In this document: one piece after another, positions 27,033 through 35,401 of the stretch
Numbering within the stretch: the first letter of the stretch is position 1
Layout of the letters: every line of letters begins with the position of its first letter
From: a virus
Direction: 5' to 3' (one strand)
Virus record (IMG/VR): IMGVR_UViG_3300019458_000010
Span: 1 to 54,216 of that record
Length of the DNA stretch: 54,216 nucleotides
Translations under genes and position numbers: made by a program
The notes under the pieces: generated by a model
Databases searched by the model: none
Seen by the model: the letters and a program-made list of their open reading frames with translations, nothing else
What the model was told of the DNA's origin: nothing

Positions 27033-29168
27033 TTAAGACTCAATTGTAAAGTAGCTCACAAGGATACGAATGCTTCCTGTCGTCGGGACTTCGCTTGTGA
27101 TCCGCAGGTCCTCGCCGTCTGCGCCGACCCCAAGGATGCCGCTACCGTCCCCTCGGCTGATACCTGATCCGGCAGCTACCCCAGGATGGGTGAGGACGAC
27201 ACCCGTCGTGGTCGGAGTAGTCGTGGCCCCGAAGCCGACACGGAAGCCAACATCAACCGTGTTCGCGTTGTCGGCAGTCATTTGAATTTGTGTAACGACG
27301 ATCTTGAGCCCAGCAGCTACAGTGACAATCGCGGCATCGGTTTGGGCGGCTGTATACGCCGCTTCAAATGTGATAATGTTCGGGTGGCCCCCGAGCGTGA
27401 AGGGTACGCCGTGGCGGTTGAAGTACCAGTTCGTTCGGTCTGCCGCTGCGACCTGGGTAGGGTTCGTACCGTGGGCGATCGCCCGGCCGCCCACCTTTGC
27501 AGGGTTGCCGCTGTCTACCCCGTCATGCGCAACATCCCCGACTACCTGGGCGTTGAGGTTCGCGGCGGTCGTCTGGACCACCGTGGCATTCAGGTTGGCC
27601 GCCGTCGCTTGCGCGACGTTGAGATTTGTTCCGCTCGCTATCCCCTGTACCGCTAGGACAGTTCCAGCAGTCGGCGATCCTGCCGCGTCCCCCCCGGCGA
27701 TACGGAGGTTTGTCGCTGTCGCCTGGTCAACGGTGATGGAGTTTCCACCGTCCTGTACGTTTACAGCAGAGGCGCCGCTTGCGTTGTTGATAGTCACATC
27801 GCCGATATCTGTTCCAGGTTGGGCGGATGCGAGAACGTTTACTTCTCCGGCTGCCGTGACAAGGGCAAGATCGGTTCCATCAGTAATTTGAACTGGCCAG
27901 CGGTTGGCCGTGGAGGCAGGTGTTCCTTGATTCGCAGTGACCGTGCCGGACACTGGCTGAGTAGTTGTCCCAGTTGGGTCAACCCGGACGGGTGCTCCAG
28001 ACGTGCCAACCTCTGTTCCGCTGTTATTCCGAAGGTTGACGTGCATGCCCCGCTGGTTGGTAATCCGAATGGCGGCAGCCTGGTCTTCCGTCGGAGCGGT
28101 TTGTGTCTCGTTGAAGACTCCCCCGATGGGAGTCATGTTTGTCGTGCCGTCGGTGAACGCGGAGCGGTCGGCCTGAGCCGTCCCGCCAGAGCCCCCGAAG
28201 GCGTCTACGAACGCCCCGGCAGACGTGACGACTTGTACGAATTGCGCGCCGTAGTTTGTCGCATTCGCGGTCACCCAATCACCCGAAGCAGACACCTCTC
28301 CAGCCGGTGTGTCACGCCGCCGGAGATTCAGCGATGCCGCGACAGGATCGCCTGGCGTGACGGCGTCTTCCGTGTACTCCGTGCCACCACCAAAAGAGGT
28401 GATCTGGTTTCCAGAGGCGTCTACGATTGCGACGTTGAGCGAGTCGGACGCGCCCGTGTCCCTCACCGTGGCGGTATTCGTACCATCGCCGATCCCGATA
28501 CGCTGAATACCCGCGGCTACGGTAGAGACCGCCGAGCCAGCAATTTGATTGACGTTGAATGGCTCGTTATCGGGGAAGGTCCCGATGTTCACCGTGCCAC
28601 TAGCCGTTACGTTAAAGGTATCTACTCCTGTGGCAACGATGGCTCCACCACGAGACGTGTACTGTGCCTCAACCGCCTGGCCGGTAGTGACCGTTGGCTG
28701 CGTAGTGTTGAATATACCACCTGCCTGAATAGGATTGCCCGCCTTGGCCGCCCCAGAGGCTGCCCGTCCTTCTACTTGACCGACTAAGCGCGCTGCCCGA
28801 TCAGTCACGTCCACAGTAAAAGTACCAGTTCCGGCATTCGCAGTGACAGTGCCGTCTACTGTGACCGAGTTACCACCATCTTGAATGTTAACTGCGGACG
28901 CACCAGACGCGTTATTAATGGTTACATCGCCAATGTCCACGCCAGGTTGAGCCGTTGCAATAACATTCTGCTCCCCTGCTGCTGTAACGAGAGCAAGATC
29001 GGTACCATCACTCATACGGACGGGAAGAGGCGCAGTCGTGGCGGCGTCAGTCGCAGACCCATCTGCTCCAAATGTTACCTTGACGCGTTGATACTTTACG
29101 CCAGCGATATCATCTGAAGCGATAGTGTCTCCGCCAGACCCGCTGTTAAGAACGGTATTATCCGCCAT
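27033..29168 (-). CDS. Large repeat-containing fibre or decoration-like protein
   Basis: 711 aa with an internal ~60-aa duplication (DGTDLALVTAAGE.NV.A.AQPG.DIGDVTINNASGASAVN.QDGGNS.TVD) and short AANLNA.VV repeats. Confidence 0.6.
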   Translation of the reverse strand: MADNTVLNSGSGGDTIASDDIAGVKYQRVKVTFGADGSATDAATTAPLPVRMSDGTDLALVTAAGEQNVIATAQPGVDIGDVTINNASGASAVNIQDGGNSVTVDGTVTANAGTGTFTVDVTDRAARLVGQVEGRAASGAAKAGNPIQAGGIFNTTQPTVTTGQAVEAQYTSRGGAIVATGVDTFNVTASGTVNIGTFPDNEPFNVNQIAGSAVSTVAAGIQRIGIGDGTNTATVRDTGASDSLNVAIVDASGNQITSFGGGTEYTEDAVTPGDPVAASLNLRRRDTPAGEVSASGDWVTANATNYGAQFVQVVTSAGAFVDAFGGSGGTAQADRSAFTDGTTNMTPIGGVFNETQTAPTEDQAAAIRITNQRGMHVNLRNNSGTEVGTSGAPVRVDPTGTTTQPVSGTVTANQGTPASTANRWPVQITDGTDLALVTAAGEVNVLASAQPGTDIGDVTINNASGASAVNVQDGGNSITVDQATATNLRIAGGDAAGSPTAGTVLAVQGIASGTNLNVAQATAANLNATVVQTTAANLNAQVVGDVAHDGVDSGNPAKVGGRAIAHGTNPTQVAAADRTNWYFNRHGVPFTLGGHPNIITFEAAYTAAQTDAAIVTVAAGLKIVVTQIQMTADNANTVDVGFRVGFGATTTPTTTGVVLTHPGVAAGSGISRGDGSGILGVGADGEDLRITSEVPTTGSIRILVSYFTIES

Positions 29169-29284
29169 AGCCTGCTCTTACACTCCTAGTCCAACTAGCA
29201 TACGTTGCGGGGTTGCTCCTACGGCTGCGGCTGTGCCTCCTGCGGGAGGCATTGGAAGGTTATACAACCATAGCAGCATCGCTG

Positions 29285-29539
29285 TTAAACCTCAGCTAGA
29301 CGCTCTTTGATTCTCTTAACCTTTGATTCGAGAAGGGCAAGCTCCTGTGCAGCAGCACTAACCTTCTTCATAACCTCTTGCAACTCAGCTTCCTTCTTTT
29401 CCTTGACCTGCACCGTCCCCTTGATAGAATCACTAAGGTCCTTTAGCGTGGCTTCCTTCTCCTTAGCCGTTGCCAGGACTTTCTCGGCATCCGCGGCAGC
29501 AGCAACCAACAGTCGGGCAAGTTCGAGCATCTCGGGCAT
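29285..29539 (-). CDS. Small coiled-coil protein
   Basis: Track ORF, heptad-like K/E/L/A-rich. Confidence 0.5.
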   Translation of the reverse strand: MPEMLELARLLVAAAADAEKVLATAKEKEATLKDLSDSIKGTVQVKEKKEAELQEVMKKVSAAAQELALLESKVKRIKERLAEV

Positions 29540-29551
29540 AATTACGTCACC

Positions 29552-29848
29552 TCATTCTAAATAATAATCCACGAGGCCGCGGGCTGCGCCTGTCGTGGTG
29601 ACAATGTTTAGTGGTCGATCAGCAGCCCCATCAAACCAGGGATTCGCAGTATCAGATGGCAATACGAATCCGCCCTGGGCAGCTACATCAAAGGGTCCAG
29701 TCAAATCATCCGTGCCGTCAGTAAATTTTAGCGTGCCAGTCGCCGATAAAGTAACAACAACTCTAGTTACCCTAACACGGCGGCCCTGGGTAGCAGCAAC
29801 AAGTAGCGTTGTACCGGCGGCGCCCTGATTTATGACAACTCTTGGCAT
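29552..29848 (-). CDS. Hypothetical small beta-rich protein
   Basis: Track ORF on the operon strand. Confidence 0.5.
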   Translation of the reverse strand: MPRVVINQGAAGTTLLVAATQGRRVRVTRVVVTLSATGTLKFTDGTDDLTGPFDVAAQGGFVLPSDTANPWFDGAADRPLNIVTTTGAARGLVDYYLE

Positions 29849-30697
29849 TTAGAGGTATTCCACATACAACATATTATTTGCTGCGGCAGTACCGATGAAA
29901 CCACCAAAAGCCACGCCCCCATCGAAGACTCGGCCACCTTCCCCGCCCTCATTTAGAGATATGGTCGTATTAGCTGTCACCGATGTTTGCCAGTAAACAG
30001 AACGTCCAACGTAAATTCGTGCCGCAGAACCACCAGTTGTGCTTGGTGCCGTTGTTGCACGAACGCGGACGGCATATCGCGCGGGCGGAATTCCGCCGCC
30101 TGGAGAGGCAACTGTAGTTGCAACCGGCGCCCTAAATGGGACAGGCAGAACAACTAGGCGCTCATCAGCAGCGGCCGTAAACGAGGCTGAAACAACAGGT
30201 GTTACTACAACCCACGCGTCGGAAGCTGAAGCAAGTCCAGTAGTCGGTCGGCCCCAATAGGCATAGTCGAAAATGGGCGAACCACCGGCAGAGGCAGTTG
30301 TCTGATCTATAGAAAGGACGTTGAATGGAATACTCGCCGCCACAACAAACCCATCGTTGGCAGTGGTTGTGAAAAGACCAAAATCGTCGATTTCTATGTC
30401 CTGTGCGTCTGTCGTGTCATCGGTAAATGTTCCTGCCGCATCCAACTGACCAGCAGACCAGGCACGATCAGGGAGCATGTGAACAAATCCGGCTGCCGAG
30501 GATGTTACCACAAGAAGCTTGGCCATAATGACGCGCAGGCGTCCACGCGACAAGCCGCTGGGTGTAAAGTCGGCATCTGTCGGCACGGACCCTATCGGTA
30601 ATCCAGCCGTGATAGGCACTACATCTCGGGCAGTCCTGGGCGTGCCAAGCCAAAGGTTCGGCTGGTTGTCATGAAAAACCCTAGTATCGTGGCCCAT
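29849..30697 (-). CDS. Hypothetical structural protein
   Basis: Track ORF directly abutting the next gene. Confidence 0.5.
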   Translation of the reverse strand: MGHDTRVFHDNQPNLWLGTPRTARDVVPITAGLPIGSVPTDADFTPSGLSRGRLRVIMAKLLVVTSSAAGFVHMLPDRAWSAGQLDAAGTFTDDTTDAQDIEIDDFGLFTTTANDGFVVAASIPFNVLSIDQTTASAGGSPIFDYAYWGRPTTGLASASDAWVVVTPVVSASFTAAADERLVVLPVPFRAPVATTVASPGGGIPPARYAVRVRATTAPSTTGGSAARIYVGRSVYWQTSVTANTTISLNEGGEGGRVFDGGVAFGGFIGTAAANNMLYVEYL

Positions 30698-30716
30698 GTA
30701 ATTTATCCTTACTTAC

Positions 30717-31250
30717 TTACTGGTTACTAACCCAAGCGAGGTCCAGGAAAGCTCCGTAGACACGGTAGACAGTCGTCAAAGCGCGGTTAGCCGTGATCTG
30801 AATATAGCTAGCCCTGTCCTGTCGCATAAAGTAGGGTGTACCGAAGGTAACCCGTGTCAGGTAAGGCTGAGCATTCGTGGCAGTCGCCAAGGTGCCGCTT
30901 AGTGTTCCACCGACGGTCGTAGACACGGCAGGAGCAGTAGTGTTCGCATAGGTCGTCTCCAGCATGTCATAGGTGTGGGCATCCATGGCCGCAGTACCGA
31001 TGAAGTACATGTACGTAAAGCCCCTAAGCTGAATACCACGCCCAGCACCAAGTCCCGACACATCTCGGAAGACGATATGACTGATCGGAAGTTCAATTGT
31101 GCTCGTCGCATCAGCAGCGGCAACGGTATTGTAGTAGTCACCCGCCGCGTTACGGGTCCTTGTCCAAGTGCCTGTCGTGTAATAAATATCAGGAAGCTCG
31201 ACGGCAGGAATCCAAACCTGCCATTCAGAAGTTCGGTCAAGTAGAGCCAT
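30717..31250 (-). CDS. Hypothetical structural protein downstream of the capsid gene
   Basis: Track ORF; GGGAGG RBS (aaagggaggaaaaacacaaATG). Confidence 0.55.
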   Translation of the reverse strand: MALLDRTSEWQVWIPAVELPDIYYTTGTWTRTRNAAGDYYNTVAAADATSTIELPISHIVFRDVSGLGAGRGIQLRGFTYMYFIGTAAMDAHTYDMLETTYANTTAPAVSTTVGGTLSGTLATATNAQPYLTRVTFGTPYFMRQDRASYIQITANRALTTVYRVYGAFLDLAWVSNQ

Positions 31251-31287
31251 TTGTGTTTTTCCTCCCTTTAGTAGTTATGTGTATAAA

Positions 31288-31326
31288 TGTAAAATCCGCG
31301 TATGTACAGAGCCCCGGCATGCGCGG
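31288..31326 (-). terminator. Possible leaky intrinsic terminator after the capsid gene
   Basis: On the minus strand, ccgcgcaug...cauacgcgg (5+3 bp, one mismatch) followed by auuuuacauuu. Confidence 0.3.
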
Positions 31327-31369
31327 CCCGCCTTGAGGAAAGTTAGATCAGACAGTCAGGGATTGACAG

Positions 31370-32263
31370 TTAGGCCCCCAGGTTCCCGTGAACGCCTCTC
31401 CACTCGTTAACACCGAAGGAGAACCGCATCCGGCCTTTGAACATCATGTCGCCGGTATTGAAGTCCTCTTCTGTCCGAGTGTGCAACTGGCGCCGCCAGA
31501 ACCACTTCAGGTCATGCATGTCACACAGGACGAACCACGCAGTCGTGGAGGTCAAGTATGGCCATACAACGACTGACAGAAGCCCCTCAACAGGGTTCAC
31601 GTCGTTGTCCGAAGACCCGGGCAGGTAAGAAGACTTCAAAATCTGCTTAGCTGTAAACTCCAGGTCCGGGGGAATAACCAGCGTCCGAGGCATCTGCTCG
31701 ATCCGCTTGCCAACCCCGTCTAGCTCTGTCCGAAGCTCAATCAGGGCCGTCTCGAGAGACGACACAGACAAGGCTGCGGCCGTGCTAGTATTGCTCAGGT
31801 TTGCTCCGCTATCCTCTCGGGTGTGAGCCGAAGAAAACAACGCCACGCCGTCACCAGCGGTGAATGTACCGGTACCAAACCCGGCGTTAAGGATTAGAGC
31901 AGCCCGCGTCTCGATTGTGGAGCGAGCAGAGATACCTAGAGCCCGACCGACCTTTCTCATCGGCCCATACAGGTCGTCCTCGACCGCCTCTTCGGTGATC
32001 CGAACGCCCTTCGCAAAGGTCGAGTGAGTATAGGTCTGCCGGTTGCCAGGCAGGAAGTCCTCATACGCGATTGTGTTGCCTTCCGACTTGCTAGCAAAGT
32101 TGGTAAGACCCTGCATCGTGAAGTCCTCTTCGTACTGCCGGTTAGAGGTCATCACGTTGAAAATCTTAGAGTAGACAGGAACGTACCGCCCATAGCTCTC
32201 AAAGAGAGCACCACGCAAGCCGGGGATGAACAGCCGCGTAAAACGGCTAGAAATCATACCCAT
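31370..32263 (-). CDS. Major capsid protein (HK97-fold type)
   Basis: 297 aa, downstream of portal and scaffold. Sequence pattern recalls Mu gpT-like major head proteins. A 119-nt gap with a hairpin follows. Confidence 0.7.
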   Translation of the reverse strand: MGMISSRFTRLFIPGLRGALFESYGRYVPVYSKIFNVMTSNRQYEEDFTMQGLTNFASKSEGNTIAYEDFLPGNRQTYTHSTFAKGVRITEEAVEDDLYGPMRKVGRALGISARSTIETRAALILNAGFGTGTFTAGDGVALFSSAHTREDSGANLSNTSTAAALSVSSLETALIELRTELDGVGKRIEQMPRTLVIPPDLEFTAKQILKSSYLPGSSDNDVNPVEGLLSVVVWPYLTSTTAWFVLCDMHDLKWFWRRQLHTRTEEDFNTGDMMFKGRMRFSFGVNEWRGVHGNLGA

Positions 32264-32290
32264 TTTCTATGTCACCACCTTTCAATGTAT

Positions 32291-32785
32291 TTAGATAGCC
32301 TCGTCAAACAGCAAATGCCGAGAACGAATCTTGCCCCATACACGAATGTTCGTGTCGCCTGTCGCATCCTTCGGCGAAAGACGAATGGGCACAAAGACAG
32401 CAGTACCACGGTTTGTGGCAGAAGTAGCTGTGGACACAGCGGCGACTTCGACCTGATGGTCGTTTGAAGACACGACAATGTCGCGGCCAGTACCAAACAC
32501 TGGATCGGTACCCGTCGAGTTCGTATTAGCCTCGATAACGGAACCCGCCACGTACACAAAAATATCCGTGGCGCTCTTACCAGAGGTGATGTTCGCACCA
32601 GCCACCATATTCGTGCCCAGCAGAGTTGCCGGGTCCGTGGCTACGGCCACCCAGTTCGAGCTACCATCCAAGGTAACCCATCGCAACGCGGCCAAGGTCG
32701 TAGAGTTCGCCTCGGTATACTGTGTGAAAAAGCTGTCCGCCCCAGGGTAAACGGTCTTTGGGGAAACAACGGTAATCGTTGCCAT
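32291..32785 (-). CDS. Hypothetical head-associated protein (decoration candidate)
   Basis: Track ORF immediately upstream of the capsid gene, T/S/A/V-rich. Confidence 0.45.
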   Translation of the reverse strand: MATITVVSPKTVYPGADSFFTQYTEANSTTLAALRWVTLDGSSNWVAVATDPATLLGTNMVAGANITSGKSATDIFVYVAGSVIEANTNSTGTDPVFGTGRDIVVSSNDHQVEVAAVSTATSATNRGTAVFVPIRLSPKDATGDTNIRVWGKIRSRHLLFDEAI

Positions 32786-32802
32786 TTTCTATAGTCACTC
32801 CT

Positions 32803-33546
32803 TTACTTGGGAATCCCGCCCGAAACGTATCTAGTCCCGGTAGCTAGGCGGGGCCTACCAGGCTGACTCATGAATGCCTGCTTTCGAGCTACGCGCTCTT
32901 CAGCATCAACTCGCTCAGCATCTTCTTTAGTCTCTTCAGAGAAGAAGGAGACACCTCGATTTTGCTGTCCATAACCAGAAGCACGTGCTTCTCGTATCGC
33001 TTCCCGCTCCGCCCCTTGTTCATCAGGGTTGGCAGCAGGCGGGTTGCCTAATTGTGCAAGCAACCTCTCCTGGAGAACCTGGTCGTGAACCCCCTTCATC
33101 CACTTGGGTCGCATCATAAGGATTGCGTCCCCATGGCGAAAGCAAGTGTCAATCTGTCCCGGCAGAGGCTTACTTGTTTCAGCCGGTTCATAGCCAAACT
33201 GGTTCTGATACTTGCTTATGCTCTCTTTAACATCCCGAGCCCAACAAAACTGTGCATTAGGATAGCGTTTCGCAATCGCGTGCGGTATCTCCATCAGAGC
33301 GGTGCCACGGAACCGCTGCTTCCACAACTCAGCAAGCTCCGTACTAAACTGATCGCTCGGGTTCAACGCCTGGACTTCAAGAGCGTCAGTATCCGACGCC
33401 TCAATCTCTGGTCGTACCTTTGTTACAGCCGACTCCTTTGTAAGTTGTGGCCCAGAAATGGTGTCAATAGGCGTTACCTTAGGAGGACGGCCGCGCTTGC
33501 GTTTACCAGTCGCAGGATCAATAGGATTCTTAGGACTACGTGCCAT
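32803..33546 (-). CDS. Hypothetical protein with a basic GRP-containing N-terminus
   Basis: Track ORF; AGAGGGA RBS; KRKRGRPPK motif. Confidence 0.5.
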   Translation of the reverse strand: MARSPKNPIDPATGKRKRGRPPKVTPIDTISGPQLTKESAVTKVRPEIEASDTDALEVQALNPSDQFSTELAELWKQRFRGTALMEIPHAIAKRYPNAQFCWARDVKESISKYQNQFGYEPAETSKPLPGQIDTCFRHGDAILMMRPKWMKGVHDQVLQERLLAQLGNPPAANPDEQGAEREAIREARASGYGQQNRGVSFFSEETKEDAERVDAEERVARKQAFMSQPGRPRLATGTRYVSGGIPK

Positions 33547-33561
33547 TTATCCCTCTACCTA

Positions 33562-33741
33562 TTACTTCGCGGCCGGGCCCTTAGAGCCCTCACCATCCGC
33601 TTCAAAGTCGTACTTCTTCGCCTTAGCAGAGGCGTTGTGTTCGTCCAGGTAACCTGTCTTCGCCTCGCCCATGTACGCCAGGCCCTCAACCTCGGTGCGA
33701 GACTGAAAGCCCTTTTCATAGTATCCGCCGTGCTTAGCCAT
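33562..33741 (-). CDS. Small protein (59 aa) below the ORF-track cutoff
   Basis: GGAGGTG RBS 6 nt before ATG 33741. Translation MAKHGGYYEKGFQSRTEVEGLAYMGEAKTGYLDEHNASAKAKKYDFEADGEGSKGPAAK. Replaces the Arg-rich shadow ORF 33555..33749. Confidence 0.55.
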   Translation of the reverse strand: MAKHGGYYEKGFQSRTEVEGLAYMGEAKTGYLDEHNASAKAKKYDFEADGEGSKGPAAK

Positions 33742-33761
33742 GTATACACCTCCTACTTCTT

Positions 33762-33965
33762 CTAGTTGCCCTCAGTCTCCGGCCAGACAGGATTCATCCG
33801 CCGTTTCCAAGGAAGGTACGCCTCGTCAACCTCTCCCCCGCTCATATAGCCGCAGGACGAGCCTTTCTCGATGTCCTCAACACCCTGTGCCTCGCCACGG
33901 CTCTGCCGGTAGCCAAGTACGTAGGGCTCCTGAACACCTTTTTGTTTGCTAGCCTTGTGAGCCAT
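33762..33965 (-). CDS. Small hypothetical protein
   Basis: Track ORF 33762..33971 trimmed to the second ATG, which is 8 nt after AAGGGG. Confidence 0.45.
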   Translation of the reverse strand: MAHKASKQKGVQEPYVLGYRQSRGEAQGVEDIEKGSSCGYMSGGEVDEAYLPWKRRMNPVWPETEGN

Positions 33966-33970
33966 TTGCA

Positions 33971-34180
33971 TTACCCCTTTAGATAATTAGTCGGACTTCC
34001 AACAAGAGGTTTCTTCCGGCCTGGATTAGTTAAATTGGTGGGGGAGGCCGCCATTGGGTCCTTACTCTTTGTCGGCGCGAAAGGTGCGACAGGCGCCTTC
34101 TTTCCTGGTGCCTTCCTATTACTTTTACTTGCCACCCTTTTTACCTCCCAAGGAAGCGCCAGGGCGCTTTCCCTTCTCAA
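33971..34180 (-). CDS. Small K/P-rich protein; start and frame unresolved
   Basis: TTG-start track ORF. The good RBS (AAGGAGAG) actually serves an ATG at 34199 in another frame, which gives only 24 aa (34125..34199). Confidence 0.3.
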   Translation of the reverse strand: MRRESALALPWEVKRVASKSNRKAPGKKAPVAPFAPTKSKDPMAASPTNLTNPGRKKPLVGSPTNYLKG

Positions 34181-34218
34181 TCTCCCTCGGCATACTCATT
34201 GTTATGACCTCTCCTTAT

Positions 34219-35094
34219 TTAGTCAATAGTCGTCATCTGATCACGCTTTGCTCCACGACGATTCATAATCCAGAGATTCTCAACATCCTTCTTCGTGCGG
34301 GGTTTGCCAGTCGCGGGATCAGGCCCGCCAAAGAACTGCCATGCCGCCCGCTGTTCCTCATCATCCATAGTTGCCTCATCAACCTCACGAGCGCGAGAGC
34401 CCGTCGTTGTTCGTTCTGCGTCGTCAAGTTCTCGCTTCGTTGCCTTCGTCTTCTTGAGGGTTTCAGCCTCAGAGCCTTGCACGGCTTCCATCATGTGCAT
34501 AAAGGCGACTTGCCTATAAGCCGTCTCCTGATCTACCTGGAAGTTACGTGCCTTTCGGTAATCATTGACATCTTTCTTCAGGGCACCATAGCCGAATACT
34601 TCATGATCGTATTTATTGGCGAGTCGATCTTCTAGGAGACTCTCTTGCTGCCCAACAAGATAAGTTAGGGCAGGGTTAATCTCTTTCTCACGAAGCTCGT
34701 TAATTCCCTGCCCGAAAATCTCACCAGCCATATCTCGGATAGCCTCTTCCATCAATTCGGCAGCCTCGGGCTTGAGTTTCTCTTTCCACTTTCGGGTCTT
34801 TGCTGAAGCCTCAGTGCGCTCGTCATGGGTACGTTCCACAATGCGTTCTGTCTGTCTAGGAGGTTGCTGCGCCATAGCGGAGACGGCAGACGTAAGCTCT
34901 TTAATCGTCTCCATGAAGGTCTGCTGATTCTCGGCAAGTTCCTTCAGGGGTTTTTCCCACTCTCGCTCTGTCTTATCGGTCGAGGCAGTATCTTCTAAGG
35001 CTTGAATTGTTTGTCCGGCTAGTGCCTCCAAATCCTCTTCATTGTCAACTATAGGATTAGGAGTGTCAAGAGGCTGGGCAGTTTTAAGAGCCAT
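34219..35094 (-). CDS. Scaffolding-like protein
   Basis: 291 aa, acidic, long predicted coiled coil, located between the portal and capsid genes. Confidence 0.5.
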   Translation of the reverse strand: MALKTAQPLDTPNPIVDNEEDLEALAGQTIQALEDTASTDKTEREWEKPLKELAENQQTFMETIKELTSAVSAMAQQPPRQTERIVERTHDERTEASAKTRKWKEKLKPEAAELMEEAIRDMAGEIFGQGINELREKEINPALTYLVGQQESLLEDRLANKYDHEVFGYGALKKDVNDYRKARNFQVDQETAYRQVAFMHMMEAVQGSEAETLKKTKATKRELDDAERTTTGSRAREVDEATMDDEEQRAAWQFFGGPDPATGKPRTKKDVENLWIMNRRGAKRDQMTTID

Positions 35095-35401
35095 TCATCT
35101 CTCCTTCCGTAATCACAGGCGCAGACTCAGTAAGACCGGAATCCCGGCGGATTGAGCGCGCGAGTTCAACATACTCGTAGGGATGATTTCTTAGCGCGCG
35201 AAAAGCGCGTAGTGTATACCGGATTGATTGTAAGAAAGCAGGATCAAGACTTTCACCATCAAGCATCTCATTGGTCAATTGCATAATTGCCGAATCAAGT
35301 ACGACTCGTTCATAGGTCTTCCACGCAGGATGTTGTAGCAAATCACGAATCTCGTCGCCAATAACGACGGTATCACGATCCCTACTGCTGAGCTCGGCCA
35401 C
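35084..35401 (-). CDS. Hypothetical protein
   Basis: Track ORF 35084..35536 trimmed to GTG 35401, which is 5 nt after GGAGG. The rest is a shadow of the portal 3' end. Confidence 0.5.
   Translation of the reverse strand: MAELSSRDRDTVVIGDEIRDLLQHPAWKTYERVVLDSAIMQLTNEMLDGESLDPAFLQSIRYTLRAFRALRNHPYEYVELARSIRRDSGLTESAPVITEGEMNGS

Noticed and set aside
26169-28787. Many long ORFs on both strands within the GC-rich block, e.g. 27819..28787 (+, 322 aa), 27304..27891 (+), 26169..26390 (-)
   Set aside because: They are stop-codon-poor alternate frames of GC-rich coding DNA. Their composition is Arg/Gly/Pro-rich, they have no RBS, and they are fully nested in the coherent minus-strand genes.
27726-29033. 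The two-copy repeat in the 711-aa fibre-like gene as a diversity-generating retroelement (TR/VR pair)
   Set aside because: No reverse-transcriptase ORF is present anywhere in the genome. Both copies are coding parts of the same gene, and the nucleotide differences are spread over all bases rather than confined to adenines.
33555-33749. Arg-rich 64-aa ORF from the track
   Set aside because: It is a shadow frame. A different frame on the same strand (33562..33741) has a GGAGGTG RBS, an ATG start and normal protein composition.
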